A stretch of 64,000 nt of DNA from a virus (Duplodnaviria > Caudoviricetes): positions 30,646 to 94,645 of IMG/VR virus record IMGVR_UViG_3300020576_006344; one strand, given 5' to 3'. The notes beneath the pieces are model-generated. The model searched no databases. It was not told the origin of the DNA and saw nothing but the letters and a program-made list of their open reading frames with translations. The translations under genes and the position numbers were made by a program. Below, one piece after another: positions 9,217-18,740 of this stretch; position 1 is the first letter of the stretch; the number at the start of each line of letters is the position of its first letter.

Positions 9217-11664
9217 ATGCCCTTCGGACAACCGAGTTCGGCCAACACTCTTTCAGTCCGGATAAGGCCGGGCGAGGACCTGCGTACCTTTCCGACTGCG
9301 TCCCAATCGGTCTTCACGCATGGGGCCTTCAGAATAGAGAGAGACTTCAGTGACAACTTCATCTCGGCCGACACCACGAGTTTGAGGTTCGACGGCTATG
9401 AGAGCTTGAGTAGCATGAACATGTCCGGTGTCACCGAGAGCGACACCACATTTGTTCATGCCAATGAGTTGAACCTCACCGACAGGGAGCTAACCAGCTA
9501 TGTCTACTTCGGTTCGCTCAAAATGGAGGTCGGCGTTGCGATGAACAATATCATCGACAACTGGCCATATGCGGTGCTTGCCAACAACTTCTCCCAGAAC
9601 GGACAGAACGGGACAGGCATAACCGCATACAGTTACACCGCATTGACAGCGGGACAGTCAGGCATAGGCAGTCAGGTGTCGGTATTCCGCATTCCATATA
9701 CCGCCATCACCAACATGGGCGGCATCATCCTGACATCGGGGTCCACGCGCCAAGGCAGAAGCCTGCTGATGGACACGCAGGATTTCGTGGTGCAACTCAG
9801 CGGCGGCTCCTCCCAGCACGCCATTGTGAACTATTCGTTCTCCGCTGGCCTATACTTGGAGTTCACCGTGATGGGCTACTTGTTCAGTAGCTCCACCACA
9901 GCCTCCACCACCAACATATACATCAGGCCGAACGACAAGGTGATAGCGAACTTCAAGGAGTCACTATCCCCATTGGAGTATCAGATTCTGTACCGTGGAA
10001 CATGGTTGATGCCCAATCCGTATTATGACGATGGCTCTACCATCCCGGTGACCTATACATGGCCTATGGAGGTCGACGGCTTCAACCCCGACATATTCGG
10101 AGATGCCTTCGATGAATACCAGAACGACTTGATCGATTTCTCCGACAGGATGGACAGGGAGAAGACCGATGTGCTAATCAGGTCCGTGGTGCCGGAGAAC
10201 TACTTGGAGCTTGACTCCGAGCAATCGGTATACAGGAACATCGTTCAGGCATACGCGCACCAGTTCGACATCATCAAGCGGTACATTGATGGACTGGCCT
10301 TCGGGCACACTGTTTCATACAACGGCGAGAACAACGTACCGGACAAGTTCCTGCACAAGCTGACCCAACTTCTTGGCCTGCAACTGCCAAGGGGGTTCAA
10401 CGAGCTTGATCTCTTCAATTACCTATCGGGGGATGAGGACGAAGATGGCAACTCGCTGGGTTACTACAACCTTCAGGTGTGGAGAAGAATACTGGTGAAC
10501 ATCATTTGGCTCTTCAAGAAGAAGGGCACTCGTGATGCGCTCATGTTCATCTTCCGCCTCATCGGCGCTCCGGACTGCTTGATCAGGCTGAACGAGTTCG
10601 TCTATGATATCGAGAGAACAGTTGATGCGTCGGTCATCTACGATGAGTTCAGCGGCGCCACCATACTGTCGACCCAGAAGATAAACGCTGATGGGTTCGT
10701 AGAGTACGATGCCAGTGTGTTCAAGTTTCAAGAGGGCGGCAAAGGAAGAGGCGATGGACGGAAGTATATCGACCAGTGGAGGCCTGAGTTTGACCCTGTG
10801 ATAAGGGTCGACAACATAAAGACACAGACGGGCGACACCGTGTACTTCATGACCGATAGCATCATGAACACGAAAGAGATTGACTGCGCTCTTGATCCGG
10901 CGAAGGCTATTGAGTGCGACGTGTTCACCTACTACCAACTCAGCGGAACATGCTGGGTATGGGGCTCTGGGCTGCCTTTCCAGTTCGAGAACATGAACGT
11001 TCCGTTCGAGTACGCCATAGAGGATTGCGATCTGGTGAACCCGGACTTCATAACCGGCATGACTCTGGCGCAGTACGTGGACTTCATCTACAGGTCGAAC
11101 GTTCATGTTCCATCGCGAAAGACGGCCATTGGAAACCACACGGCATACCACTACCCGGAGTTACGCAGGATCTACATGAACTACTACCTCATGAGCGAGC
11201 CTGACTCCAACAGCTTGAACATGAGAAAGTTGGAGGCGTTCCTTCAACTCATAGAGTCGAATTTCTTTGTCTATTCAGAGCAGTTCATTCCCGCCACGAC
11301 CATCCTTAGAACGCAAGGAACAGTGTACAGGAATACCGTCTACAACAGGCAGAGGTTCGTTTACAGGCAAGGCATAAATGCGGGAAGTGAATTCCAAGTT
11401 GAGCTTCCAGTGTCGCCCCCATGCACGGGATTGACCGCCACGGTCACTGGCACGCTTGAGGATTTCCCCACAGCCGTTATCGCCCCTGTGACTGTGGATG
11501 CTATAATCGAATCCGCGATAATGGTTTCCATCGTGCCAGTGACGGTGACCATAGACGTATTCGAGAACATCGCCGCATCGATCGACGTGGTGAACGTGGA
11601 AATGGTGGTAGGACCTACGGATGAGGTGCAGGAGTACTTGGAAACGGTCGAACAGCGCGTCTGA
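9217..11664 (+). CDS. Baseplate wedge/tail protein (P2 gpI/T4 gp7-like region)
   Basis: VPDKFLHKLTQLLG...WLFKKKGTRDALMFIFRLIG motif. Start reassigned to ATG 9217 after TATTTA. Confidence 0.7.
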   Translation: MPFGQPSSANTLSVRIRPGEDLRTFPTASQSVFTHGAFRIERDFSDNFISADTTSLRFDGYESLSSMNMSGVTESDTTFVHANELNLTDRELTSYVYFGSLKMEVGVAMNNIIDNWPYAVLANNFSQNGQNGTGITAYSYTALTAGQSGIGSQVSVFRIPYTAITNMGGIILTSGSTRQGRSLLMDTQDFVVQLSGGSSQHAIVNYSFSAGLYLEFTVMGYLFSSSTTASTTNIYIRPNDKVIANFKESLSPLEYQILYRGTWLMPNPYYDDGSTIPVTYTWPMEVDGFNPDIFGDAFDEYQNDLIDFSDRMDREKTDVLIRSVVPENYLELDSEQSVYRNIVQAYAHQFDIIKRYIDGLAFGHTVSYNGENNVPDKFLHKLTQLLGLQLPRGFNELDLFNYLSGDEDEDGNSLGYYNLQVWRRILVNIIWLFKKKGTRDALMFIFRLIGAPDCLIRLNEFVYDIERTVDASVIYDEFSGATILSTQKINADGFVEYDASVFKFQEGGKGRGDGRKYIDQWRPEFDPVIRVDNIKTQTGDTVYFMTDSIMNTKEIDCALDPAKAIECDVFTYYQLSGTCWVWGSGLPFQFENMNVPFEYAIEDCDLVNPDFITGMTLAQYVDFIYRSNVHVPSRKTAIGNHTAYHYPELRRIYMNYYLMSEPDSNSLNMRKLEAFLQLIESNFFVYSEQFIPATTILRTQGTVYRNTVYNRQRFVYRQGINAGSEFQVELPVSPPCTGLTATVTGTLEDFPTAVIAPVTVDAIIESAIMVSIVPVTVTIDVFENIAASIDVVNVEMVVGPTDEVQEYLETVEQRV

Positions 11665-12540
11665 TCAGATGCCTTGTGAGATGTCGTCGAACGTCTGATC
11701 GAGATTGATATCCTTGATCTCCTGACGAATGTCGAGGTTGCCGTTGGTGAAGGTGCTCTTTCTGGTCATCAACAAGTACTGCTTGTACAGGTTGCCTTGA
11801 TCGTCGAACACGGAGTACTCTCCGGTCTCCAGATTCCTTACTGAATTGCCTCCCAACTGCCACGACAGGGTCTCAAGCGTCTGATCTACCATCTCCACCT
11901 CTATCATGGTGGGGTCGAAGAAGGTGTTTGAGATGAGTATGGTCTGTCCTGCGCTGCCAAGGTCGGCCTTTTGCTGGCTTGAGATGAGACTGGCTTCATC
12001 CGGGGTCAACGTCAAGAACAGGTTGTTCCCATTGGGATTCAGCACATAGCTGGTGGAGTTGGCGTTACCGTTGTTATTGTTGGTACTCACGGACACTATC
12101 TCACTTGATGTGATGATGCGATGGAAGTTCTTGATCTTCACTCCATTGCCGTCAAAGTACTCCACCTGATAGCCGATAAGGCTACCACTGCTTTGGAATT
12201 GCAGTTTGGGTATGACGATGCCTTTTTTGGATATCTGAATTTCCGTGTCGGTATTGGTGACCACGAAAGAGCAGTCGACTATCTCCGTCTTGAAGCTCTT
12301 GGGCTTGATCAGGATCAGGTAGAAGCCCAACTTGTTGAAAACAGACGCTGGCAACTTCAGCTTGTAGCCACCATCAGCGCCCAGTATCCTGCGGAACTCA
12401 GCTTCGGTGGTACTGCCGTATAAAGGAGTGAACTGGATGTCGCCTAGCTCCTCGCGCGATGACGAATAGGAGTACAGGGTGTCGACATCATTGAAGTCGA
12501 CCGACGCGAGACGCTTGTTACCGTAAATGCCTACCGACAT
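11665..12540 (-). CDS. Hypothetical virion protein
   Basis: 291 aa ORF in the structural module; TATTTA 18 nt upstream. Confidence 0.7.
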   Translation of the reverse strand: MSVGIYGNKRLASVDFNDVDTLYSYSSSREELGDIQFTPLYGSTTEAEFRRILGADGGYKLKLPASVFNKLGFYLILIKPKSFKTEIVDCSFVVTNTDTEIQISKKGIVIPKLQFQSSGSLIGYQVEYFDGNGVKIKNFHRIITSSEIVSVSTNNNNGNANSTSYVLNPNGNNLFLTLTPDEASLISSQQKADLGSAGQTILISNTFFDPTMIEVEMVDQTLETLSWQLGGNSVRNLETGEYSVFDDQGNLYKQYLLMTRKSTFTNGNLDIRQEIKDINLDQTFDDISQGI

Positions 12541-12570
12541 GCGACAGTTGCTTTAGAGTAAATAATAGTG

Positions 12571-14385
12571 TCAGAGGATTTCGAAAGGAATAGATATCCA
12601 AGGAAGATTGTTCAGGTTGCCAGTGGAGGCTCCACAGATGGGGGTGAAGTCATCGCGCAGCCCTATTTCGTGGGTCATGTAGTCGGAAGCCAAACTGTTC
12701 TGGCTCAACAGGATCAAACCGTGCATCCTGACGTTGTGAACCTTGTTCGGGCCCATGAACGTGGTGGTGCAGGTGGTGGTATCGAACCTCGTTCTCATGT
12801 TGCTGTAGCTGGAGAAGAGAGCCAAGGCGTTGTTGGTGGCCTGAGCAGTGGTGGAATGGCCCGATAGGGTGAACTCCCCTATGAAGTAGGTGTTCGGTTC
12901 ATCACTGAACGTCTTGAGTTGGAATCCATGGGGCCCTGACGTCTGGGAAGTGCCAACGATGTTGAACTCCGGAATGGAAGCATACAGTTCGAACTTGTAC
13001 TTCGACTCCACGAACGTGTCATCTTCCAATGTTATGTTGTCCGATGCCAGCGTACTGCCCGCTGGCTGAAGCCCGTTGTTCGTTGGAAGCGTGATGGTGG
13101 TGGCGTCCCTTCCAAGGAGTATGTTGAAAGTAGATCCCGCTGGGATGATGGATCCGTTGTAGGTTATTTCCCCCGCTCCTTGATTGGTCACCTTGAGGAC
13201 CACCCCGGAGTCGTTGCCAATGGAGTCGACTCCAAAATAATATGTGGGCCAATCCGCATAATTCAGCGACTCGGAGATGCCTGCCGTATTCTGTTGGTCC
13301 GTATAGATGGTGCCCATCTCCACCAGCCAATACAGGGAGAATGTGGTGGTTGTCTGTCCATCGGCTATGGACATCAGGTAGAGTTCCTGTTCTGTGTGGT
13401 TGGGGTCATAACCAGACAGAACAGAGCCACGCTGCTTGAATATCCTGCCAAAGTCTATGGTAGTGAACCTACGCGCTATAGGAGGGTCTTGTATCAGTAT
13501 TTGGACCCTCCTGATGGACTCAGGAAGGAACTTCACACTGTCAGGGTTGGTCAACTCAAGGATGATGCGACGTGTACCGTCCAGAAGATTGTTGAGGCTC
13601 GCATTGATGGTCAATGTCTTGATCTGCTCTCCGATAGCCCATTCCAATCGCGCTGAGTTCAGCACCACGAATGATGTTGGGTCTAGGTCGAAGTTGCTCA
13701 TACCGTTGATGATGGACACATCGACTTTCTCGACGCCGTATTGACTTGGTTGGTCGAGCGACACGGTGATGTTCACCTGCTCTCCCTCCACGACCAAGTA
13801 TGACTGTAGTGCTGCGCTCGAATTGACCACACTGGAGGTGAACACAGAAGCGTTGGGCCTGCTGCTGGTCACCGAGTCCACGACGACTATCGAGTCGTTG
13901 CTGTTCACAAGTGGTCGAGTGTTGGTGCTCGCTTCGATGATGGAGACCGAGCGAAGCTCGGTCGTATCCAATATCATGACGTTGGACTGCACGAGAGGGC
14001 CCGGCAACAGGTTGACCATATTGGTGATCCCCAATATGAGTTCCTCGTCGCTTTCCTCCAAGAAGTCACGGAGTGCTGGGACGATGATCACCTTTTCCTG
14101 TTCGCCTATCTCCCACCGCACATGTACCGGGAATCCAGCCACATCTACATCCCCATCAGTGGTGCTCACATGCGAAAGAACGATGTCAGCCTCTTCAGCG
14201 CCAGTGGTGCTCGGGGAGTTCAGGGAAACGATCACTGATACCGTGTTGGCTTCGTCCACCGTATAATAGGCCGTTATGAATGAGACGCTCAGTATCTGGA
14301 CGTCATATGGGAACATCTCGTTGGTTTCGAGGTTCATGTCTACGAAACACTTCAATATGGTGTTGACCTTTGCGGATTCTTCCAT
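12571..14385 (-). CDS. Virion protein with two Calx-beta-like domains
   Basis: Two repeats of YxVxE..VxVSL..PS..G....W.IGEQ.K...I.....D/L...E...L.LTN. Confidence 0.72.
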   Translation of the reverse strand: MEESAKVNTILKCFVDMNLETNEMFPYDVQILSVSFITAYYTVDEANTVSVIVSLNSPSTTGAEEADIVLSHVSTTDGDVDVAGFPVHVRWEIGEQEKVIIVPALRDFLEESDEELILGITNMVNLLPGPLVQSNVMILDTTELRSVSIIEASTNTRPLVNSNDSIVVVDSVTSSRPNASVFTSSVVNSSAALQSYLVVEGEQVNITVSLDQPSQYGVEKVDVSIINGMSNFDLDPTSFVVLNSARLEWAIGEQIKTLTINASLNNLLDGTRRIILELTNPDSVKFLPESIRRVQILIQDPPIARRFTTIDFGRIFKQRGSVLSGYDPNHTEQELYLMSIADGQTTTTFSLYWLVEMGTIYTDQQNTAGISESLNYADWPTYYFGVDSIGNDSGVVLKVTNQGAGEITYNGSIIPAGSTFNILLGRDATTITLPTNNGLQPAGSTLASDNITLEDDTFVESKYKFELYASIPEFNIVGTSQTSGPHGFQLKTFSDEPNTYFIGEFTLSGHSTTAQATNNALALFSSYSNMRTRFDTTTCTTTFMGPNKVHNVRMHGLILLSQNSLASDYMTHEIGLRDDFTPICGASTGNLNNLPWISIPFEIL

Positions 14386-14388
14386 GCG

Positions 14389-15354
14389 TCAGTTTGCGTT
14401 TAGACATGAGTAGACCTCTGGACGGACAGGGTATCCGTTCATGGAAAGCTCCTGAACAAGAACGGAGAGCACGTCACTGGAGGAGAACCCGTTGGTGGTG
14501 TCACCGAGCATGTCCTGTATATGCTGGCTATCAATGGCGTTGATCTCCATCATCCTTCGATGCGAGAAGTACAGCAGATCGCAATGCCGATTGTCCATGC
14601 ATTGGGAACCATAGCATCTGGCTATCAACTCCTGCGCTGAGGCACTGAAATCATTTACGTTGAATACACTCGTGCTTCTTCGCAGTCGCTCTGATGGCAG
14701 AATGGTGACTTCGGCTCTACCAATGCGCTCGGTTTCTATGGTGGTATCAACCTCAACGAACACTTCTGGATTCATGAGTTGACTGATCCGGTTAGGACAG
14801 TCATCGTACTTGTCCTTGCCATCTTGCAGATACGTTCTCGTAATGAAAACGGATATGTAGTATCCGGGCGCAAGGTCGTACTTGATGGTGGTGTTCATCG
14901 CTTCTTGCGATCTGTCAGATTGGTCGACCGACAATGGGATGTTCTCCAGTGCCGCCGTGGGAGCCTCGCCGTTCCACAGGTGATCGGCCTCCATCGTCTG
15001 TACGGTAACCGTTTGGACAAGGCTGTTCTCCACGACGTTGGATGGAGTTTGTGTCCCCGCGAGCACGGTGATCTCATAGAATTGATTGAATACGTTGGCA
15101 AGCTCCTCATTGCTTCCCACTATCTGAACATATTCCGACTGCGTTGTGTTACCGGTGAGATAAGCTAGGAAATCCATGGCTATGACATTGTTCCTAGGAT
15201 CGTTCAAGAACGTACGTACGTTGAACGGTGTCACCGTGGAGCCGCCTATGGAGTTGCCATAGACATAGTATCCGTTGAAATCGCGCAGGGCGGTTGTCGT
15301 CACTGACGGCGTTCCGGACAAGGACCTGTCTAGGAGAAGTCGGTGATACTGCAT
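14389..15354 (-). CDS. Hypothetical virion protein
   Basis: 321 aa ORF, coupled to its neighbours. Confidence 0.7.
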   Translation of the reverse strand: MQYHRLLLDRSLSGTPSVTTTALRDFNGYYVYGNSIGGSTVTPFNVRTFLNDPRNNVIAMDFLAYLTGNTTQSEYVQIVGSNEELANVFNQFYEITVLAGTQTPSNVVENSLVQTVTVQTMEADHLWNGEAPTAALENIPLSVDQSDRSQEAMNTTIKYDLAPGYYISVFITRTYLQDGKDKYDDCPNRISQLMNPEVFVEVDTTIETERIGRAEVTILPSERLRRSTSVFNVNDFSASAQELIARCYGSQCMDNRHCDLLYFSHRRMMEINAIDSQHIQDMLGDTTNGFSSSDVLSVLVQELSMNGYPVRPEVYSCLNAN

Positions 15355-15869
15355 TACTTCTGGATGTCTATGTTGAGCAATTTGGCCTTAGACACGATGC
15401 TCGTGAGCATGACCTGCGAGGTCTCTATCTCATCAATAGTGACCTTGGTGCCATCAGGAGCGGTCCATGGCAATTCGTTCTTGCCGACATAATCGAACCA
15501 GTTCCTGACCTCCGTGTTGGAGGACCCTTGCAGGTCCGCCCTCACGGAGAAGATGAAGTTGATCATGGTGTCGGTAAGGTCATATCCATTGTTCACCTTG
15601 TTCCTCAGGATGTTGTCGAAAAAAGCGTACTCCAGATAAAACGGGTTGACCTCCTGTCTCTCTATCTTCTGTATGCGGTTGTCCTTCTGCACATCAACAT
15701 AATCCATGACCTGATAGGTCTTATAGAGAGGGATGTTGAGGTAGAAGTCGTTGAACGGTATGTCGGATATGCTTCCATTGCGGAAAAAGGCGTACCCCTG
15801 TGTGTATGCGCTTGTGGGGCGCACATCGACATAGATGGTGGTCTTTATGAAGTCTCCCTCAGCGTACAT
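15354..15869 (-). CDS. Hypothetical virion protein
   Basis: 171 aa ORF; TATTTA 9 nt upstream. Confidence 0.7.
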   Translation of the reverse strand: MYAEGDFIKTTIYVDVRPTSAYTQGYAFFRNGSISDIPFNDFYLNIPLYKTYQVMDYVDVQKDNRIQKIERQEVNPFYLEYAFFDNILRNKVNNGYDLTDTMINFIFSVRADLQGSSNTEVRNWFDYVGKNELPWTAPDGTKVTIDEIETSQVMLTSIVSKAKLLNIDIQK

Positions 15870-15893
15870 GGCTTCTCATAAATACACCATCTC

Positions 15894-18740
15894 TCATAAC
15901 GAGATGGCGAAGCCTCCTAGGCCGTTGTTGCCGAGATTGTAGTCACCCTCCTGTTGGTTGGGCACTACGTCCGTTTTGATGATCCTACCTGTAGTGTAGG
16001 CGTCAACATAATTGACGATGTTCTCCACATAGTATGGCACACCAGCGACTTTGGCCGTGAACCGGATCACATTGTTGCTGAGGAGTTGCCCATAAACCGG
16101 ACCCTCGTCGATGGAGTTGTCCGAATTGCCGGTATCTAGGCGTTCCTGTAGAGTAGATGCTGGCAATGAAGTGCCATTTTGATCCACTGCTGGCACGTTG
16201 TTGGTCCACCACCACTCCGCTAGGTTTCTCAGGCCATAAAGGTTGCCTCCGAAAGTGTATACCGTCTCGTTGCCAGAGCTACCATATCTGAAATCGAATG
16301 ATCGTGAGTACGGGGGTGTGTAAGGGTTGTGTGCGTATATGGCGAGTTCTACTGTCTTGAACGTTGGTGTGATGACTATCGTCTCGAACGTATTGGTCAG
16401 CGGTGTCACTCTCTGCGGCAAGAACCCAGCCGTGAAAAGATCTTCACCGAGTCCGTAATTGGTTAGATTCTCCTTGGTGTCATGAATGATGTTGTCGGCG
16501 AGGAAACATATTCCGTTGACGAATGCCGATCCGCGTTCCATATAGGATGGTTGCACTTGGTTGACTTGCCAATACTGTAGAAATTGGTCATCTATAGTTG
16601 AGCCAGAGCCATAATATGGCTGCCCAAGGTCTTGATAGTAAGGGCGTAAAATGGACCCATAGCTGGTCACCAGATAGTACGGAATTGGTGTTTCGGACGC
16701 GTCAAGTTCGGTGCGTGGGATGAGAAGGGAACGGAATCCGTTCTTCTCAAGTGTGAATGAATAAGATGCCTTGGTATTCTCTTCGGAGTTTGCCAGAAGC
16801 TGGATGTTGTACTCTTCTTGTTCCTTTTCGTAGAAACCCACTAGTGTTGTCGCAGTGATAGACGGATCTGTCGTGCGGAAATCAAGCTTCACTCCGGGAC
16901 TCTTGGAGGTCAGCACCACGGTCAACCCGGTGTCATTGAATACGGCATCGAATGGCTGCTCTATCTGGTAATACTGATAGGCATCGTATTCTGGCGTGCC
17001 AATGCATCGCTTGAACGTGCTGTATCCAAGGTATCCGTTATTGCCGATGAACCGATGGAACCCGTTGATGGTGTATCTCAGGGTTTGGTTTCCGTTGTTG
17101 GTAGACCATTCAGAATTTATGCCAGCAAAGACACCGAAATTCACCGGGAATTGCAACTTGATGGAGTGTCGTTGTGGCCCTATGAACCTTGTAGGCAGAG
17201 AAAACGACTTTACCTCGCCTATGTCGAATATGCTTTCCTGCTCTACTCCGAGCAGCGGGTTCATAGGAAATAGCGTTCTATTGCCTTCGTTCTTTATCTT
17301 GAGCCTGTATCCGGATGATGGATAGAACTCTTCACCTCTTCCTTCATACCTGTATCCGTTGCGAAGAACAGAATAGCTGGGGAGGGTTTGTGTCGCCAAT
17401 ATGGTCTGCTGATAGAAAGTCCTGCCCGTGAAGTATACACTGTTCTCATATGTCGGTCCTAAAAACAGTGACACATAGTTGCGTGTTGTCGTATCGTCGA
17501 AGACAATGCGGCTCTCGACGAATCTGCCGGGCTCACAGTAAAGAAGGTCCCTTAGCCCAAGATCCACGTATTCAGTGAACTCTATCTCGAAATCCGTGTT
17601 GGCGCTGAATGACAGGAGCTTGATCTGTTCGTTCTGCTGCCAGTACAGGTTGACGGGAAGGTCGATGACTGATCCATTCATGCTGAACGTGATGTCGGGC
17701 GATGAGCCAGCACGGTAATCCATGGGCACATTGTTTGTTCCGGAAGTATCATAGTTCACGTCTAGTATCACCTGATACAGATCGGAGTGTGGTTCTATGA
17801 TGGCCGAGAAACTGCTGACGATCGTATGGGGCCCGACATAGCTTCCGGTGAGCACTTTGAAATCCACACCAGCCGATATCAAGTGAACATTTTCCAGTGG
17901 CACCTGCACAAGAAATGTCATTCTGCCAGCATAAGGTCCATCGGGTATGGACTTGATTATGTCGTTGCCTTGTCCCACATCATTGAACGTGGACCCAAGG
18001 AAGAAACCCGCTGTTGAGCTTGACTCCAGACATTTCAATGTGAGGACCTCAAGGCCGAATGGGCTTGGTTTGTCCAGTGATATGAGCAATTGACCGCTCT
18101 CGCCTTCAGATAGTTGCTGTTGTGTTATGTCAAAGGTGACCTTTGCCTTTTTTTCCTCTATGATGTTATAGTCGTTCCTTATCCAGTGCTTGTTGAAGAA
18201 GAACGGGAAGTCGTTCTCTATCAAAGATGTTTCTCCATCCGAATTGATGTCTATGGTCGCGCTCCCATACGGAACGATGGTGCCATCGGCATCATAGAAA
18301 ACGACGCGCTGTTCCCATTCCTGATCCCGATACGTGAGATTGTTGGATTCTATCCTGAAGTAGACGACGTCGTATTTGTAATTGCTGAGCTTTATGTAGT
18401 ATTTGCCACTGTGTTTGCCGAAGATGTTTGGTTTGTCATAGGCGATCGTACTGGGCTCTATGATAGCTATCTGATGCTGTCTACCGGCATCGCGATATAC
18501 GCGAATGGAAAGTCCGGGACAATCTACCACAGTGGAATCCAACACTCCATAGATGATGAAGTTGCGCGATGTATTTCTCTCCTTAATGAACTGGGCGGCA
18601 AGGTCGAAGTCGTTGTCGAAGCGCTCTTTTTTGAATTCATCGAATTGCCTGCGCAGGTCAACATTGAGGAACATGTCTACATCCTCGCCGGTTACCCTTC
18701 TCTTGCTGGGTAGCAGTATTTTGATCCTGTTATCCATCAT
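15894..18740 (-). CDS. Large virion protein with an interrupted Calx-beta-like domain
   Basis: LSEGESGQLLISLDKPSPFG ... (insert) ... LYWQQNEQIKLLSFSANTDFEIEFTE resembles the repeats in 12571..14385. Confidence 0.7.
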   Translation of the reverse strand: MMDNRIKILLPSKRRVTGEDVDMFLNVDLRRQFDEFKKERFDNDFDLAAQFIKERNTSRNFIIYGVLDSTVVDCPGLSIRVYRDAGRQHQIAIIEPSTIAYDKPNIFGKHSGKYYIKLSNYKYDVVYFRIESNNLTYRDQEWEQRVVFYDADGTIVPYGSATIDINSDGETSLIENDFPFFFNKHWIRNDYNIIEEKKAKVTFDITQQQLSEGESGQLLISLDKPSPFGLEVLTLKCLESSSTAGFFLGSTFNDVGQGNDIIKSIPDGPYAGRMTFLVQVPLENVHLISAGVDFKVLTGSYVGPHTIVSSFSAIIEPHSDLYQVILDVNYDTSGTNNVPMDYRAGSSPDITFSMNGSVIDLPVNLYWQQNEQIKLLSFSANTDFEIEFTEYVDLGLRDLLYCEPGRFVESRIVFDDTTTRNYVSLFLGPTYENSVYFTGRTFYQQTILATQTLPSYSVLRNGYRYEGRGEEFYPSSGYRLKIKNEGNRTLFPMNPLLGVEQESIFDIGEVKSFSLPTRFIGPQRHSIKLQFPVNFGVFAGINSEWSTNNGNQTLRYTINGFHRFIGNNGYLGYSTFKRCIGTPEYDAYQYYQIEQPFDAVFNDTGLTVVLTSKSPGVKLDFRTTDPSITATTLVGFYEKEQEEYNIQLLANSEENTKASYSFTLEKNGFRSLLIPRTELDASETPIPYYLVTSYGSILRPYYQDLGQPYYGSGSTIDDQFLQYWQVNQVQPSYMERGSAFVNGICFLADNIIHDTKENLTNYGLGEDLFTAGFLPQRVTPLTNTFETIVITPTFKTVELAIYAHNPYTPPYSRSFDFRYGSSGNETVYTFGGNLYGLRNLAEWWWTNNVPAVDQNGTSLPASTLQERLDTGNSDNSIDEGPVYGQLLSNNVIRFTAKVAGVPYYVENIVNYVDAYTTGRIIKTDVVPNQQEGDYNLGNNGLGGFAISL

